From Octopus sinensis (taxonomy: Eukaryota), in the NCBI RefSeq assembly GCF_006345805.1, contig NC_043002.1, forward strand, positions 92,504,001 to 92,568,000: a stretch of 64,000 nt of DNA. Reading direction: 5' to 3'. The first letter of the stretch is position 1. Every line of letters begins with the position of its first letter. Below the pieces are notes generated by a model that worked only from the letters and a program-made list of their open reading frames with translations, searched no databases and was not told the origin of the DNA. Shown here in pieces: positions 62,245 through 64,000 of this stretch. Made by a program: the position numbers and the translations under genes.

Positions 62245-62875
62245 TAGGCAGCGAGCTGGCAAACACGTTAGCATGTCGAGCCAAATGCTTAGCGGTATTT
62301 CGTCTGGCTTTACGGTCTGAGTTCAAATTCTGCCGAGGTCGACTTTGCCTTTCCTCCTTTCGGGTTCGATAAATTAAGTACCAGTTGCGTACTGGAGTCG
62401 ATCTAATCGACTAGCTCCTTCTTCCAAAATTTCGGGCCTTGTGCCTAGAGTAAAAAAGAATATAGGGCGGCGAGCTGACAGAATGGTTAGCACGCCGGGC
62501 GAAATGCTTAGCGGTATTTCGTCTGCCGCTACGGTCTGAGTTCAAATTCCGCCGAGGTCGACTTTGCCTTTCATCCTTTCGGGATCGATTAAATAAGTAC
62601 CAGTTAAGCACTGGGGTCGATATAATCGACTTAATCCGTTTGTCTGTTTTTGTTTGTCCTCTCTGTTTAGCCCCTTGTGGGTAGTAAAGAAATAGGTATT
62701 TCGTCTGTTTTTACGCTTTGAGTTGAAATTCCGCCGAGGTCGACTTTGCCTTTCATCCTTTCGGGGTCGATAAATTAAGTACCAGTAGCGTACTAGAGTC
62801 AGACTAATTGAATGGTCCCCTCCCCCAAAATTTCGGGCCTTGTGCCTAGATTAGAATAGAATATAAGAATATTTC
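62245..62875 (+). mobile_element. SINE S2 multimer
   Basis: Three successive GAGTTCAAATTCCGCCGAGGTCGACTTTGCC modules. Confidence 0.87.
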
Positions 62876-62984
62876 TACTGTTCCACTGACAGATTGTAAT
62901 TGTAATATTCAAATTAGCTGGTTAATTTCTTTTTATCTACGTATGTATTTATATGTATGTAAGTATATGTTTCTATTGTTTATT

Positions 62985-63253
62985 CCTTCTCGAGCCACGC
63001 CTGGCTCATAAGGGCCGGTTTCCCGCTTTCCTTTGCGTATAGGTTCCCCACCTGGATGGAATGCCGGTCCGTCGCAAGATGCAGGAGGAAAGAGTGAGAG
63101 AAAGTTGTGGCGAAAGAGTCAGCAGAAGTTTGCCATTAACTTCTGCCGGAGCTGCGTGGAGCTTAGATGTTTCGCTCATAAACACACACATCGCCCGGTC
63201 TGAGATTCGAACCCGCGATTCGCTGCTCTAGCCACTAGGCCATGTGCCTCCAC
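62985..63253 (-). mobile_element. SINE, head H1 with tail c
   Basis: Ends CCACTAGGCCATGTGCCTCCAC. Confidence 0.85.
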
Positions 63254-63658
63254 ATATGTTTATATACACTACAATATTTTGAAGAGAGTTTTACTTTTGC
63301 GATAGAATGAAAAACACATTCTAGAAATAAACGACTAGATAGAACATACTAATTCTACAGAAAGCGTAAGTTTGTGTCTAAGACGAGGGAAATGAGAATG
63401 TGCGCATCGATGAAAATTTTAGCCCTAACATCGATTCCGCGCCCACACATTCTTTCTAATCGCATATCAACCGCAAACACAGAATTTTGTACGTAACTCT
63501 TAACAGAGGAGGCTTTACTTCTGGGAATAAGGAAGTCATAATGCTTTCGTCAACTATCATAGCTGCTTCCATTTTTGCGTGTGCTTTCGTTGATATGCAT
63601 TCATACAGACGCTTATATATATGTGAGTCTATAATATATATATATATATTTTTATTTG

Positions 63659-63912
63659 TTCCTTCTCAAGCCATGCTTGGCTCAGAAGGGCCGGTTTCCT
63701 GGTTTCTTTGGCGTATAGGTTCCCCACCTGGACGGGACGCCGGTCCGTCGCAGGTAAGCTGCAAGATGCAGGAGGAAAGAGTGAGAGAAAGTTTTGGCGA
63801 AAGAGGCCGGAAGAAGTTCGCCATTTCCTTCTGCCGGAGCAGCGTGGAGCTTAGGTGTTTCACTCATAAACACACACATCACCTGGTCTGAAATTCGAAT
63901 CCGTGATCCCTC
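63659..63912 (-). mobile_element. SINE, head H1 with tail c (head truncated)
   Basis: Similar to 62985-63253. Confidence 0.82.
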
Positions 63913-64000
63913 GTCTATAATATAGTTCTTCGCTGTCTAATAAGTCGGTCTCTAGACCAGTGGTTCCCAAATTGTGGTCCACGGACCCCTGGTACTCCGC

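Overview
AT-rich, repeat-saturated eukaryotic intronic/intergenic DNA. The tRNA-headed SINE families, the (TATG)n/(TA)n load and the TTAGGG repeats point to an octopod (Octopus sp.) genome (inference). No host protein-coding exon could be confidently recognised, and nearly all ORF-track entries are microsatellite or SINE artefacts. Recognisable content: many tRNA-derived SINE copies, degenerate RTE, CR1-like and R4-like LINE fragments, two decayed mariner transposons, a non-autonomous Helitron, a piggyBac-type MITE, five copies of a ~440-bp TIR element carrying internal (TTAGGG)n, and a U6 snRNA pseudogene fused to a SINE 5' end. The most notable signal is a set of 11 type I hammerhead-ribozyme motifs in 4-5 sequence families, probably Penelope-like pLTR or retrozyme remnants. 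One family has a ~48-nt loop II and compensatory base changes between copies, two of its copies form a 169-bp inverted pair, three motifs cluster within 1.2 kb on one strand, and most end a family-specific distance upstream of (TA)n. SINE and LINE boundaries are approximate.
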